Below are positions 1 through 7,019 of a DNA stretch of 50,065 nucleotides, one piece after another (position 1 is the stretch's first letter; every line of letters begins with the position of its first letter). The notes under the pieces were generated by a model. The model had not been told where the DNA came from. It did not search any database and worked only from the letters and a program-made list of their open reading frames with translations. Source of the stretch: a virus; IMG/VR virus record IMGVR_UViG_3300045988_086121, positions 1-50,065 of that record; one strand, given 5' to 3'. A program made the translations under genes and the position numbers.

Positions 1-141
1 AATGGATTATCTCTGTAAGTTGTGATAAAATGATAAGTCTTAGGCTCTTTATTCAGTGTGCATAGCCAGTGGTCATCCGTAAATGAGGGGTTGTAGTCAA
101 TGATAGAGAATTTAGTGGTACGCATCTGTAGCTGCTGCCAT
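1..141. repeat. Terminal overlap: bases 1-141 are identical to 49925-50065 (circularisation overlap of a 49,924-bp unit)
   Basis: Direct comparison of both ends (aatggattatctctgtaagttg...gtagctgctgccat). The repeat lies inside the TerL coding sequence. Confidence 0.95.
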
Positions 142-554
142 TCAATGAACTTCAGCTCGTTGCCTTCATTAACGTACAAAATTTGACGCTTACGACCGCG
201 CAATTTTTGCTCGTTATCGCATGAGAAAAACTCCACCCATGAACCATTTGGAAAGGTGCAAATCAATTCAGATTTATTGAACTTGCATTCTCCCCAAATG
301 TTCATATCTTGCATCACTTCTTTAAAATCACGGAGAACTGAACCTTTGAGCGAAGGTAGAGTGGCACGAACTATAGACACACCAGTATTGGCATTCTGCA
401 AACAATACACACAAAGCCATATAACGGTGTTATATGTTTTAGAAGAACGGCTACTCCCTTGCTCGCTAACTGTCGTATAACCGCGAATGTAGGCTTTGTT
501 AATCTCTGAAAAGATTCTTGTTGTCTGTATTTTATTCTTCCTCTTCTTCGTCAT
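1..554 (-). CDS. terL: Terminase large subunit, N-terminal ATPase part; continues across the junction into 48337..50065
   Basis: Absent from the ORF track because it runs off the edge. Manual minus-strand translation from the ATG at 554 gives MTKKRKNKIQTTRIFSEINKAYIRGYTTVSEQGSSRSSKTYNTVIWL...RKRQILYVNEGNELKFIEWQQLQMR with no stops. It has a Walker A-like GSSRSSKT and a Walker B-like LYVNE. It reads in frame into MRTTKFS... of ORF 48337..50049. Confidence 0.85.
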   Translation of the reverse strand, partial: MTKKRKNKIQTTRIFSEINKAYIRGYTTVSEQGSSRSSKTYNTVIWLCVYCLQNANTGVSIVRATLPSLKGSVLRDFKEVMQDMNIWGECKFNKSELICTFPNGSWVEFFSCDNEQKLRGRKRQILYVNEGNELKFIEWQQLQMRTTKFSIIDYNPSFTDDHWLCTLNKEPKTYHFITTYRDNP

Positions 555-978
555 TATCGTCCGTATCAACTTGTTCTCTACTATCAATGATTTCAACCAT
601 TAAAGGCTCGCGAGCAATATCTTTTCCATTTGTAGTAACGTCAAGTTTTTGACCATCGACAAAGCGGTGTATAAGTTCAATCGCACGCAACTTAACCTTT
701 GCATCAACTTGCCCACTGAGCGCAAGATTGATAAGTTGTAGGTTTATCAGTGCGCCATTTGTCGCGTCTGCCGAGTTTATGCCTAACTTTTTTAAAGCTT
801 CACGTGCTTTTTTTTGATTTGCTGCGATAGGTTGATTTATCATAGCATTAAGAATCTCATACATAGCACGTTTTTCACGTCTTATTTTGCCCGAATTTTT
901 TCCACCCTTACTTCCGAGTTCTTTGCGCACTTCGGGAGGTTGCTTATTCATTGGGATAAGATTTTGTTCATTTGCCAT
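532..978 (-). CDS. terS: Putative terminase small subunit
   Basis: 148 aa immediately upstream of TerL, overlapping its start by 23 nt. Basic N-terminus (GSKGGKNSGKIRREKR), helical core and acidic tail. Confidence 0.55.
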   Translation of the reverse strand: MANEQNLIPMNKQPPEVRKELGSKGGKNSGKIRREKRAMYEILNAMINQPIAANQKKAREALKKLGINSADATNGALINLQLINLALSGQVDAKVKLRAIELIHRFVDGQKLDVTTNGKDIAREPLMVEIIDSREQVDTDDNDEEEEE

Positions 979-1198
979 TCCAGTAATCTTTATAATCTAC
1001 TTTTTCTTCTTCTGTTGGAGAATAAACTTCATAAGAATATCCACATTTAGGACAATGATAAAAATCCACAACAGCATTTTCATCATCCATTCTGTCGGTT
1101 GAATTATCCCATATCAAGCCCCCCCACAGCAAAAGCAGCGTTTCGTTTCGTCCATATTTGTTTTGTATTATAATTGTTTGAATAATTGCGCGTTCCAC
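968..1198 (-). CDS. Small zinc-ribbon-like protein (start uncertain)
   Basis: Contains CPKCG. Its stop overlaps the TerS start (atggcaaatga coupling). The internal start at MDDENAVV is plausible. Confidence 0.4.
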   Translation of the reverse strand: MERAIIQTIIIQNKYGRNETLLLLWGGLIWDNSTDRMDDENAVVDFYHCPKCGYSYEVYSPTEEEKVDYKDYWNGK

Positions 1199-1218
1199 AA
1201 CTTACTTTAGCCATAGTT

Positions 1219-1641
1219 TTATTGTTTATTTCCAATGTATTCAAAACTTGCTGTAATTCTGTTGTGAGAATTTGATTTGAACGATATTTTGGAAACTTTT
1301 GCATTTTTAGGTTGATGCTTTCTTTTCGGCATTTCTTTCAACACCCATTTTACATCTTTACATCTTGCATGTATCAATGCTGGGTTAGAAGTTGTAGAAA
1401 CATATCTTTTGCCATGTTTGATGAAATATTCAGCAACCCAATTTGAAAACTTATGTCCTATACCAATACCTTGAAAATCTGGTAATACAACAGTTCGATG
1501 TTCTCTGTACACATTCTTAATTTTAAAGTGAGGGAAAGGTAATGCCGCGCAAAATCCGCATAGGTTATCATTAGCAAAGCAAACAAAGACTTTTGCAGCA
1601 ATGTTAAAGCTGTCACTCAGATAATGATATTTGCTAAACAT
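1219..1641 (-). CDS. GNAT N-acetyltransferase domain protein (probably the C-terminal part of an ATPase-GNAT fusion)
   Basis: GNAT motif A in HRTVVLPDFQGIGIGHKFSNWVAEYF. The ORF is N-terminally short for the fold and lies in the -1 frame of the upstream ATPase. Confidence 0.7.
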   Translation of the reverse strand: MFSKYHYLSDSFNIAAKVFVCFANDNLCGFCAALPFPHFKIKNVYREHRTVVLPDFQGIGIGHKFSNWVAEYFIKHGKRYVSTTSNPALIHARCKDVKWVLKEMPKRKHQPKNAKVSKISFKSNSHNRITASFEYIGNKQ

Positions 1642-2321
1642 TTTCCAATATTTCCGCTTGTCTTGTGCTGTTTGTATTTCGTATATTGATAAAGTGATGT
1701 TGGGTCTTTTTTTTTTGAATACAAACTAAATGTCATATCATTCGTGTTGAATATCCAATCTGGCTGCAACCATTCAATCACATCAAAATGGCAAGTAACC
1801 GCAATGAATTGTTTTTTATTGTCTGATTGCCTAATAGCTTTCTGCATAGCTAATGAGCCTATCTTTGCTACATTTCGGTCAACGACAGATGTAAATTCAT
1901 CGAAAACGAATAATCCTTTTTCCGACAAAATAGCTCTTGCTAAATCACATCTCATCTTTTCCCCATTACTCAAAACTGCATAAGGTTTAAGCCATGAAGG
2001 AGGCGAAGAAAAGCCAACACTATTCAATGTTTTACATACATCTTGCATTTTTGCTTCCTTTGGGAAATCATCAAGGAAACATTCCTTGTTATATGCAAAT
2101 CGTTCTATGTAAGCATTTGGGAAAAGAGACTTTGCAATCGTTGTCTTTCCTGTTCCACTGTTACCAACAATCAATCCAATCTGCCAATTTTGTGGCAAAT
2201 CAATGTTACCCTTAAAATGTTCTTTGATTTTGTCGATACTTAAATCGTAAGTACCTCTTACGTACTCGCACCTAAAGCTTTTTGGTGGATTGACTTCTTT
2301 TATAATGTCAAAATTCGGCAT
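1617..2321 (-). CDS. Soluble ABC-type ATPase
   Basis: Walker A GNSGTGKTT, ABC signature-like LSNGEKMR and Walker B LFVFDEF. No transmembrane segments. Confidence 0.75.
   Translation of the reverse strand: MPNFDIIKEVNPPKSFRCEYVRGTYDLSIDKIKEHFKGNIDLPQNWQIGLIVGNSGTGKTTIAKSLFPNAYIERFAYNKECFLDDFPKEAKMQDVCKTLNSVGFSSPPSWLKPYAVLSNGEKMRCDLARAILSEKGLFVFDEFTSVVDRNVAKIGSLAMQKAIRQSDNKKQFIAVTCHFDVIEWLQPDWIFNTNDMTFSLYSKKKDPTSLYQYTKYKQHKTSGNIGKCLANIII
1707..1716 (-). promoter_or_regulatory. A10 slippery run (T10 on + strand): candidate -1 recoding, transcriptional slippage or homopolymer miscall site
   Basis: ATPase frame reads tca aaa aaa aaa gac. The -1 frame from here (RPNITLSIYEIQTAQDKRKYWK) is stop-free up to the GNAT ATG at 1641. 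Confidence 0.5.
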
Positions 2322-2881
2322 GATAATCCTCTTTCTGTTAATTCATTGTATATTTTTTCTTGTTCTTCTTCATTATCGAATGATATTTCTATTTTGTATT
2401 GAGTAGTGAGTTCTGAACTAAAATCTTCAATTTCATCATTTCCCCCTTCATCTTCGTTTTTTATCATATCTTCGTTATCTTCAAGAAAATCGCACTCCAG
2501 TCCGAAGTCCTGCAGCTCTTCAATATCCCATTCATTACCGAGCAAATCCCAATCGTTTTGACCGAATGCGATATTGTCCTTCTGGATATACGCGCGAAGT
2601 TTCTTTGCATCAGTTTTAGGTGGCAACACCTTTACTGGCGCATCTTTGTAGCCAAGTTCCTTCATGGCACGATAACGCATATTGCCAAGGATAACGACAA
2701 GTTCTCCGTTGTTATCGTAGGCTACGAGTTCGCGAAGTTGAAGCATCTCGGGGTCGTCCTCAATGCTCTTTTTTAATGCTTCATAACGCTCATCTTTGAT
2801 GAAGCGAGGGTTCTTTGGCACGTCTTTGATTTGCCCAGTATTGAGGTGCAAATCAGAAAGTTTGATTGTTTTTGCTTGCAT
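2300..2881 (-). CDS. ParB/Srx-like N-terminal domain protein
   Basis: IKLSDLHLNTGQI..NPRFI..YEALKKSIEDDPEMLQLRELVAY...LGNMRYRAMKELG resembles the ParB N-terminal nuclease/CTPase-like domain. Acidic C-terminus. Overlaps the ATPase start by 22 nt. Confidence 0.65.
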   Translation of the reverse strand: MQAKTIKLSDLHLNTGQIKDVPKNPRFIKDERYEALKKSIEDDPEMLQLRELVAYDNNGELVVILGNMRYRAMKELGYKDAPVKVLPPKTDAKKLRAYIQKDNIAFGQNDWDLLGNEWDIEELQDFGLECDFLEDNEDMIKNEDEGGNDEIEDFSSELTTQYKIEISFDNEEEQEKIYNELTERGLSCRILTL

Positions 2882-2970
2882 ATTTGTTTTGTATTATAAT
2901 TGTTTCTTCATAGTGCGATATTACGCAAAAGAGCCAAGTACTTTAATGTACTCAGCTCTAAATTCTCGTT

Positions 2971-3348
2971 TTATACTTCTTTTATTGCAATTCCGTGCAC
3001 GAAGAGCAATAATTTGCGTTTTATTATGTAAGTAGCATTTGAAAGGGTTATCGCAGATTTTACATCCTCAACAACCTGCTTTCCGTCTTGAATGTAGGTA
3101 AAGTCAGCGACATAATTGCAAGCCCGTTCAACGACCTTTCCTTTTTCGTTCCGCTGCGGTGGGATGAGTTCAAAGCTAACTTGTCGCTTTAAATTCTTTA
3201 TTTTACCGCGTTTTTGCAAGTCAAGTAAGTAAATATACCGCTTCCACTCTTTAATGCTGTCAAATCGCCCGAAATTGTTTTTAATCGCTGTGTTTCTGTA
3301 TTTGTTCTCTCGCTTCATTCTTGCTATCATTAGTTTAATATTTGCCAT
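2971..3348 (-). CDS. DUF1064-like (PD-(D/E)xK family) protein
   Basis: FDSIKEWKRYIYLLDLQKRGKIKNLKRQVSFEL...YVADFTYIQDGKQVVEDVKS matches the DUF1064 pattern recalled from Firmicutes phage replication/recombination modules. Confidence 0.6.
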   Translation of the reverse strand: MANIKLMIARMKRENKYRNTAIKNNFGRFDSIKEWKRYIYLLDLQKRGKIKNLKRQVSFELIPPQRNEKGKVVERACNYVADFTYIQDGKQVVEDVKSAITLSNATYIIKRKLLLFVHGIAIKEV

Positions 3349-3410
3349 AACAAAGTTATTTAATTGTGGCGACTTTACCTTGTTTGAAGTTTTTTCTGTA
3401 AAACTATTTT

Positions 3411-3436
3411 TTTTGAAAAAACTTGCTTTTTCAAAA
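3411..3436. promoter_or_regulatory. Perfect 10-bp inverted repeat TTTTGAAAAA-N6-TTTTTCAAAA just upstream of the early promoter core
   Basis: Read directly in the divergent intergenic region 3349..3535. Confidence 0.4.
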
Positions 3437-3444
3437 TTTTCTTT

Positions 3445-3475
3445 TTATCTTTGCAATGTATTTAAGAAACAAAGT
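3445..3475 (+). promoter_or_regulatory. Early promoter core, copy C (TATCTTTG box plus conserved CAATGTATTTAAGAAACAAAGT)
   Basis: TAnnTTTG is the Bacteroides -7 consensus. The core is shared with 6092..6122 and 41363..41393. Confidence 0.55.
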
Positions 3476-3535
3476 ACAAAAACATTCTAAAACAAACAAC
3501 ATCAGCCCTATCGCAGCACGGATAAGCGATTAAAT

Positions 3536-4030
3536 ATGGCATACCTAAGCAAGAAACAATATGAACACAGAAGCAATAACGCTGCACTTCGCAATGCACG
3601 TAATGCGCAGAAAGCCATTGCTAACGGGATGACTGAGGAACAAGCCGACCTTATTACACAGCTGTGTGGTCTACGCCATGACTTCCATTGCAACATGGAG
3701 AAGATAGCTGAATATATTGAATCTAAGGGCGAATTTTTGAGAAAATTTAGGTCATGGGAAGCCGAGGCAGAAAAAGAAAATTTACCCGAATTGTTTATCT
3801 CTGGCAAGCTTGAGGATATTGATGAGATTGAAGGTCTTGAAGATTACTACGGAGAGGACGTCCCCGAAGATAATGATAGCGATGAGTATAAAGAGTGGTA
3901 CTCTGAGGAATACTCGCGAATATATGATGAACTCAGCGAATTGCACAAGAAGATTGAGAGGTATCTAAAGAGTATTGATGAGCAATACAATACTGAATTC
4001 TGCCCGACTGGTATTCAAAGAATTTACTAA
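3536..4030 (+). CDS. Hypothetical, strongly acidic early protein
   Basis: 164-aa ORF, first gene after promoter copy C. Has a D/E-rich stretch (LEDIDEIEGLEDYYGEDVPEDNDSDEYKEW). Confidence 0.6.
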   Translation: MAYLSKKQYEHRSNNAALRNARNAQKAIANGMTEEQADLITQLCGLRHDFHCNMEKIAEYIESKGEFLRKFRSWEAEAEKENLPELFISGKLEDIDEIEGLEDYYGEDVPEDNDSDEYKEWYSEEYSRIYDELSELHKKIERYLKSIDEQYNTEFCPTGIQRIY

Positions 4031-4043
4031 TTATATAATAAAT

Positions 4044-4217
4044 ATGGCAAACAACAATCATGGCGGTGCGCGTGATGGTGCTGGTCGCAAAAAGGTGGGA
4101 GATGGCGTATTATATGTCAAGATGCCACAAGCAGCAGTAGACAAAATCAAAGCAAGTGCAAAGGCAGAAAAGAAAGCTTTAGGCGAATACCTTCAAGACG
4201 CATTACATCTTAGATAA
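4044..4217 (+). CDS. Small DNA-binding-like protein (GGxRxGAGRK motif, RHH-like tail)
   Basis: MANNNHGGARDGAGRKKVG... The start at 4044 is chosen over the upstream alternative because that one overlaps the previous gene. Confidence 0.5.
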   Translation: MANNNHGGARDGAGRKKVGDGVLYVKMPQAAVDKIKASAKAEKKALGEYLQDALHLR

Positions 4218-4255
4218 CGAAGAACCGATAGGCAGTTAAGTCTATCGGTTCTTCG
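4218..4255. terminator. Bidirectional hairpin between convergent genes
   Basis: cgaagaaccgatag-N10-ctatcggttcttcg, a perfect 14-bp stem. Confidence 0.7.
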
Positions 4256-4283
4256 CATTGTGATACAATTTCACCTGAACTAC

Positions 4284-4763
4284 TTAGTCCATTTCATCTT
4301 TCCAATTCATAAAGTCTTTATGCAGTTTTGCACCGAACTTATCAGAAGAATAGGATTCGTAAAACAATTCAGGTATCGTATTGATTACAATCTTCATGAC
4401 ACCAGTGTCAAGATTCTTTATTTGCTCATCGCTCACTGGAAGCATTATGTAGTGCGTGCCAGCTTCTTTACTACCATATTTACCACCTTTAAGAATTGTT
4501 TGTTGCATTGTTGTTTTGTAAGAGCAATCAGCACCTGATAGCCTTAGAATAGAACCATCGAAGAGTTGAATCTTGATTATTGGGCTTTCTACAAGTCTTT
4601 TCTCGTCATTGTCAGAGAATGAAAGGATAAGAAATTTGTTGCCCTCAAAGCACCATGCCGATAAACTTGCATTCTTGCCTATGTTGTAATAGTTCACTTT
4701 GTTCTGTGCGAACGAACACAAGGCAAGCAAAAGCATTGCAGATAATAAAAAAAACTTTCTCAT
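4284..4763 (-). CDS. Secreted protein (signal peptide), function unknown
   Basis: MRKFFLLSAMLLLALCSFAQNK is an N-terminal signal sequence. Last gene of the repressor-strand operon. Confidence 0.65.
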   Translation of the reverse strand: MRKFFLLSAMLLLALCSFAQNKVNYYNIGKNASLSAWCFEGNKFLILSFSDNDEKRLVESPIIKIQLFDGSILRLSGADCSYKTTMQQTILKGGKYGSKEAGTHYIMLPVSDEQIKNLDTGVMKIVINTIPELFYESYSSDKFGAKLHKDFMNWKDEMD

Positions 4764-4791
4764 AATGTTGTTTGTTATTGATTGATGTTGA

Positions 4792-4896
4792 TTATAAATC
4801 GCTTAACCATTTCTTGCCACTCTTTGTGAAAAGCCACAAGTAGAATCCTATTGCAATGATTGCAGATAGAATGAAACCAAATGCCATGTATTCCAT
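4792..4896 (-). CDS. 34-aa single-pass membrane peptide
   Basis: Manual translation gives MEYMAFGFILSAIIAIGFYLWLFTKSGKKWLSDL. The start lies 2 nt after the stop of the HTH gene. Below the ORF-track size cutoff. Confidence 0.4.
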   Translation of the reverse strand: MEYMAFGFILSAIIAIGFYLWLFTKSGKKWLSDL

Positions 4897-4897
4897 A

Positions 4898-5200
4898 TTA
4901 TAAAGCGAATCGTCCAATACCACTAAGCCCTATTTCTGTTTTTATGCCAATAGCACGGCATATACGCGAGATAGTGCTAAGTGAGCAATCTTTGCCATTT
5001 TCCACACGTGAGATTGCAGTACGACCAATTCCAGAGCGTTCGCTGAGTTGTTGTTGGGTTAATTGTTTCTTTAATCGTGCTTCCTTTATAGCTTCACCCA
5101 TAAGAAATGCGTTTAAATCTGTTTCGTATTGGTCACGTTTCGGAGAGCCTTTCTTACCGATGTACTTATCTTTGATATTTTCTAATGTATACAATTCCAT
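4898..5200 (-). CDS. XRE-family helix-turn-helix protein
   Basis: LKKQLTQQQLSERSGIGRTAISRVENGKDCSLSTISRICRAIG is a typical HTH_3 motif. Confidence 0.8.
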   Translation of the reverse strand: MELYTLENIKDKYIGKKGSPKRDQYETDLNAFLMGEAIKEARLKKQLTQQQLSERSGIGRTAISRVENGKDCSLSTISRICRAIGIKTEIGLSGIGRFAL

Positions 5201-5243
5201 AGTTTTTAAATCAAGATTCTATTTGCAAAGTTACTCATATTAT

Positions 5244-6026
5244 TTAATCTCCACTCTTTATAGAGTATATAACACGATACAAACGTATAACATCATCTTT
5301 AGGTATTGACTGATTTCTGAATACGCTGTTCTCGTTAATACATTTACATTCGTAAGAATCTCCGTTGTCATAGACCCTTCTGAATAAAAAGCCAAAACTC
5401 TTTGTGTCTATCACCATCGCAGAACCTTGTATTATATGTGCGTCAACGGGCATGTGCATAAGTGCAAGAATATCTCCTTTATCGTAAGTAGGGAACATTG
5501 CATCTTGTCTAACCTGATAATAGAAGTCGAAATCATCGTATTGTGGGAATGCAAGAATGTGCTGCAGTTTTACCCCATCTCCCTTCACTATCTTATAGAC
5601 ATCTGTATTAGGTCTTGATGCCAGTAGCTTGTTAACTATCGGTCTCAGGATAACCGAATGAGCATTATCTCCAAAATTTGTTTCCTGCATGGGTGGTGTT
5701 ATGGTAATGTTATTATTTCCACTCGCATTATCTCCGTATGAGTTATTGCTTGCTACAGTTGTAGTTCCTTGCGGTTGGGCAAGCATTTCGCCTTTGCCGT
5801 CTAATAACCAAGATATATTAAAAATATTATCGAATGTTGTGTTTAGACGGAAAAAGAACCCATCTGTAAGGAATCCATCAATACCACGCATAGCATTAGA
5901 TATATTCGGAGCTGATGTATTCATTTTATTCGCTAAATCCTTTTGTTTGCTGATATATCCGTTATATCTAAGGTATTCAAAGACTTCTCGGAATCTATCT
6001 TTTCTTGTTGTTTTTTCTGTTGCCAT
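5244..6026 (-). CDS. CI-like repressor: N-terminal HTH plus C-terminal S24/LexA-like domain with an apparently degenerate catalytic dyad
   Basis: N-terminus YISKQKDLANKMNTSAPNISNAMRG. C-terminus VRQDAMFPTYDKGDIL...FLFRRVY aligns with the LexA GDSMxP...GD...KR motifs but shows Ser->Ala and Lys->Arg. Divergent from the early operon. Confidence 0.65.
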   Translation of the reverse strand: MATEKTTRKDRFREVFEYLRYNGYISKQKDLANKMNTSAPNISNAMRGIDGFLTDGFFFRLNTTFDNIFNISWLLDGKGEMLAQPQGTTTVASNNSYGDNASGNNNITITPPMQETNFGDNAHSVILRPIVNKLLASRPNTDVYKIVKGDGVKLQHILAFPQYDDFDFYYQVRQDAMFPTYDKGDILALMHMPVDAHIIQGSAMVIDTKSFGFLFRRVYDNGDSYECKCINENSVFRNQSIPKDDVIRLYRVIYSIKSGD

Positions 6027-6048
6027 ATTATTAAAATATATTAAAGTT

Positions 6049-6122
6049 ATAATTTTCTTATATTTTTATTTTGTTGCTATATATTTTTGTTATATCTTTG
6101 CAACGCAATTAAGAAACAAAGT
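6049..6122 (+). promoter_or_regulatory. Early promoter module, copy A (74 bp, ~90% identical to 41320..41393); TATCTTTG box at 6093..6100
   Basis: Manual alignment shows 67 of 74 identical positions. TAnnTTTG box followed by CAACGCAATTAAGAAACAAAGT. Confidence 0.65.
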
Positions 6123-6196
6123 GCTTAAAAGTTTTAGTAAGATAGTTGCAAAGTTATAAATAAAATTAGTAACAACAAAATAAAACAGAAAACAAA

Positions 6197-6292
6197 ATGG
6201 TAGTACTTGAAATCCAGTGGAACAAGGAAGACGTTAAGCCTTCCATCGAAAAGTTCGAAACGTACGAACGTGCATGGAAAGAATTTGAATAA
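6197..6292 (+). CDS. Possible 31-aa leader ORF
   Basis: MVVLEIQWNKEDVKPSIEKFETYERAWKEFE is the first ATG after promoter A. Very short. Confidence 0.25.
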   Translation: MVVLEIQWNKEDVKPSIEKFETYERAWKEFE

Positions 6293-6446
6293 AGGAACAT
6301 TAATCTAAAGGTAATGTGGGGCTAACCACCCCACACTATAAAAATTAAAAGAATTGCCCATGAGGTATACAGCGGTATATCTTGCTTCGAAGCGCACAAG
6401 CAGGCTTAGGAGGTTATAGGGTTGACAGCTCGGAAAGACGAGCATT

Positions 6447-6520
6447 GGCAAGTATAGCAGGTTAAACGGATAGACCTGATAAAACCGCAACATTACATGG
6501 TTCGACCCCATGACTTGCCA
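6447..6520 (+). ncRNA. tRNA-like element (74 nt) with perfect acceptor stem and T-arm but a non-canonical core
   Basis: GGCAAGT pairs with ACTTGCC (7 bp). T-arm is CATGG-TTCGACC-CCATG. One extra hairpin CAGGT-N11-ACCTG. No foldable 5+7+5 anticodon arm could be found. Confidence 0.5.
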
Positions 6521-6542
6521 CAAACAATAAAACAACAACGAT

Positions 6543-6776
6543 ATGAAGATTATTAAATGGTTCAACTTACTTGTTGTAATGGCACTATTTGCGCTTGCAA
6601 CAATGTGTCTTGTGGCTTCATCAAACGAAGAAAGTCTAACAATCTACGATTTGATGACAATTATGTCACTACCACTTTATTGCATCGCGTTCGCTGCAAC
6701 GAGTGTTCTGTATAAACATAATTTGCTCCCTGACTTTTTTGAGAAAATCATGGATAACATTATGTCCGAAGACTAA
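6543..6776 (+). CDS. Small membrane protein (two hydrophobic segments)
   Basis: 77-aa ORF with WFNLLVVMALFALATMCLVA and LPLYCIAFAATSVLY. Confidence 0.55.
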   Translation: MKIIKWFNLLVVMALFALATMCLVASSNEESLTIYDLMTIMSLPLYCIAFAATSVLYKHNLLPDFFEKIMDNIMSED

Positions 6777-6797
6777 TAACACACAAAAAGAATAAAT

Positions 6798-7019
6798 ATG
6801 GTAAACAAGCATTTAATGACAGAGCATGAACTTGCTCTTGCGGTGCGAAACAACCGCTTTGTAGAAGAATTTAAGAGTATGTCAGCCCAGTACAAAGGTG
6901 TATCGAAATGGCGCATTATTCAAGCAATCGCTAAGAAGGAAAATACAACTGGGCAGACTGTTAGAATGGTGCTCCTTAAAAAGGGTGCTATCAGCAAGAG
7001 AAAACGTAAAAATGGATAA
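6798..7019 (+). CDS. Small basic early protein, possibly DNA-binding
   Basis: 73-aa ORF with a basic tail KRKRKNG. Overlaps the next start. Confidence 0.5.
   Translation: MVNKHLMTEHELALAVRNNRFVEEFKSMSAQYKGVSKWRIIQAIAKKENTTGQTVRMVLLKKGAISKRKRKNG

Noticed and set aside
1104-1304. 66-aa minus-strand ORF overlapping the GNAT 3' end
   Set aside because: It mostly overlaps a better-supported gene. Only its last ~36 codons are unique, and they compete with ORF 968..1198, which is translationally coupled to TerS.
3351-3358. CAAAGTTA (TAACTTTG on the minus strand) as the late-operon promoter for the DUF1064 gene
   Set aside because: It matches TAnnTTTG but lies only 3 nt from the start codon, so it would require a leaderless or internal start. 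That is too weak to call.
3508-3807. 99-aa minus-strand ORF overlapping 3536..4030
   Set aside because: It would run into the divergent promoter region. The plus-strand ORF has the promoter, the better composition and a downstream partner.
6305-6565. 86-aa minus-strand ORF across the tRNA-like element
   Set aside because: It covers structured RNA-like sequence, has no upstream signal and opposes the early operon.
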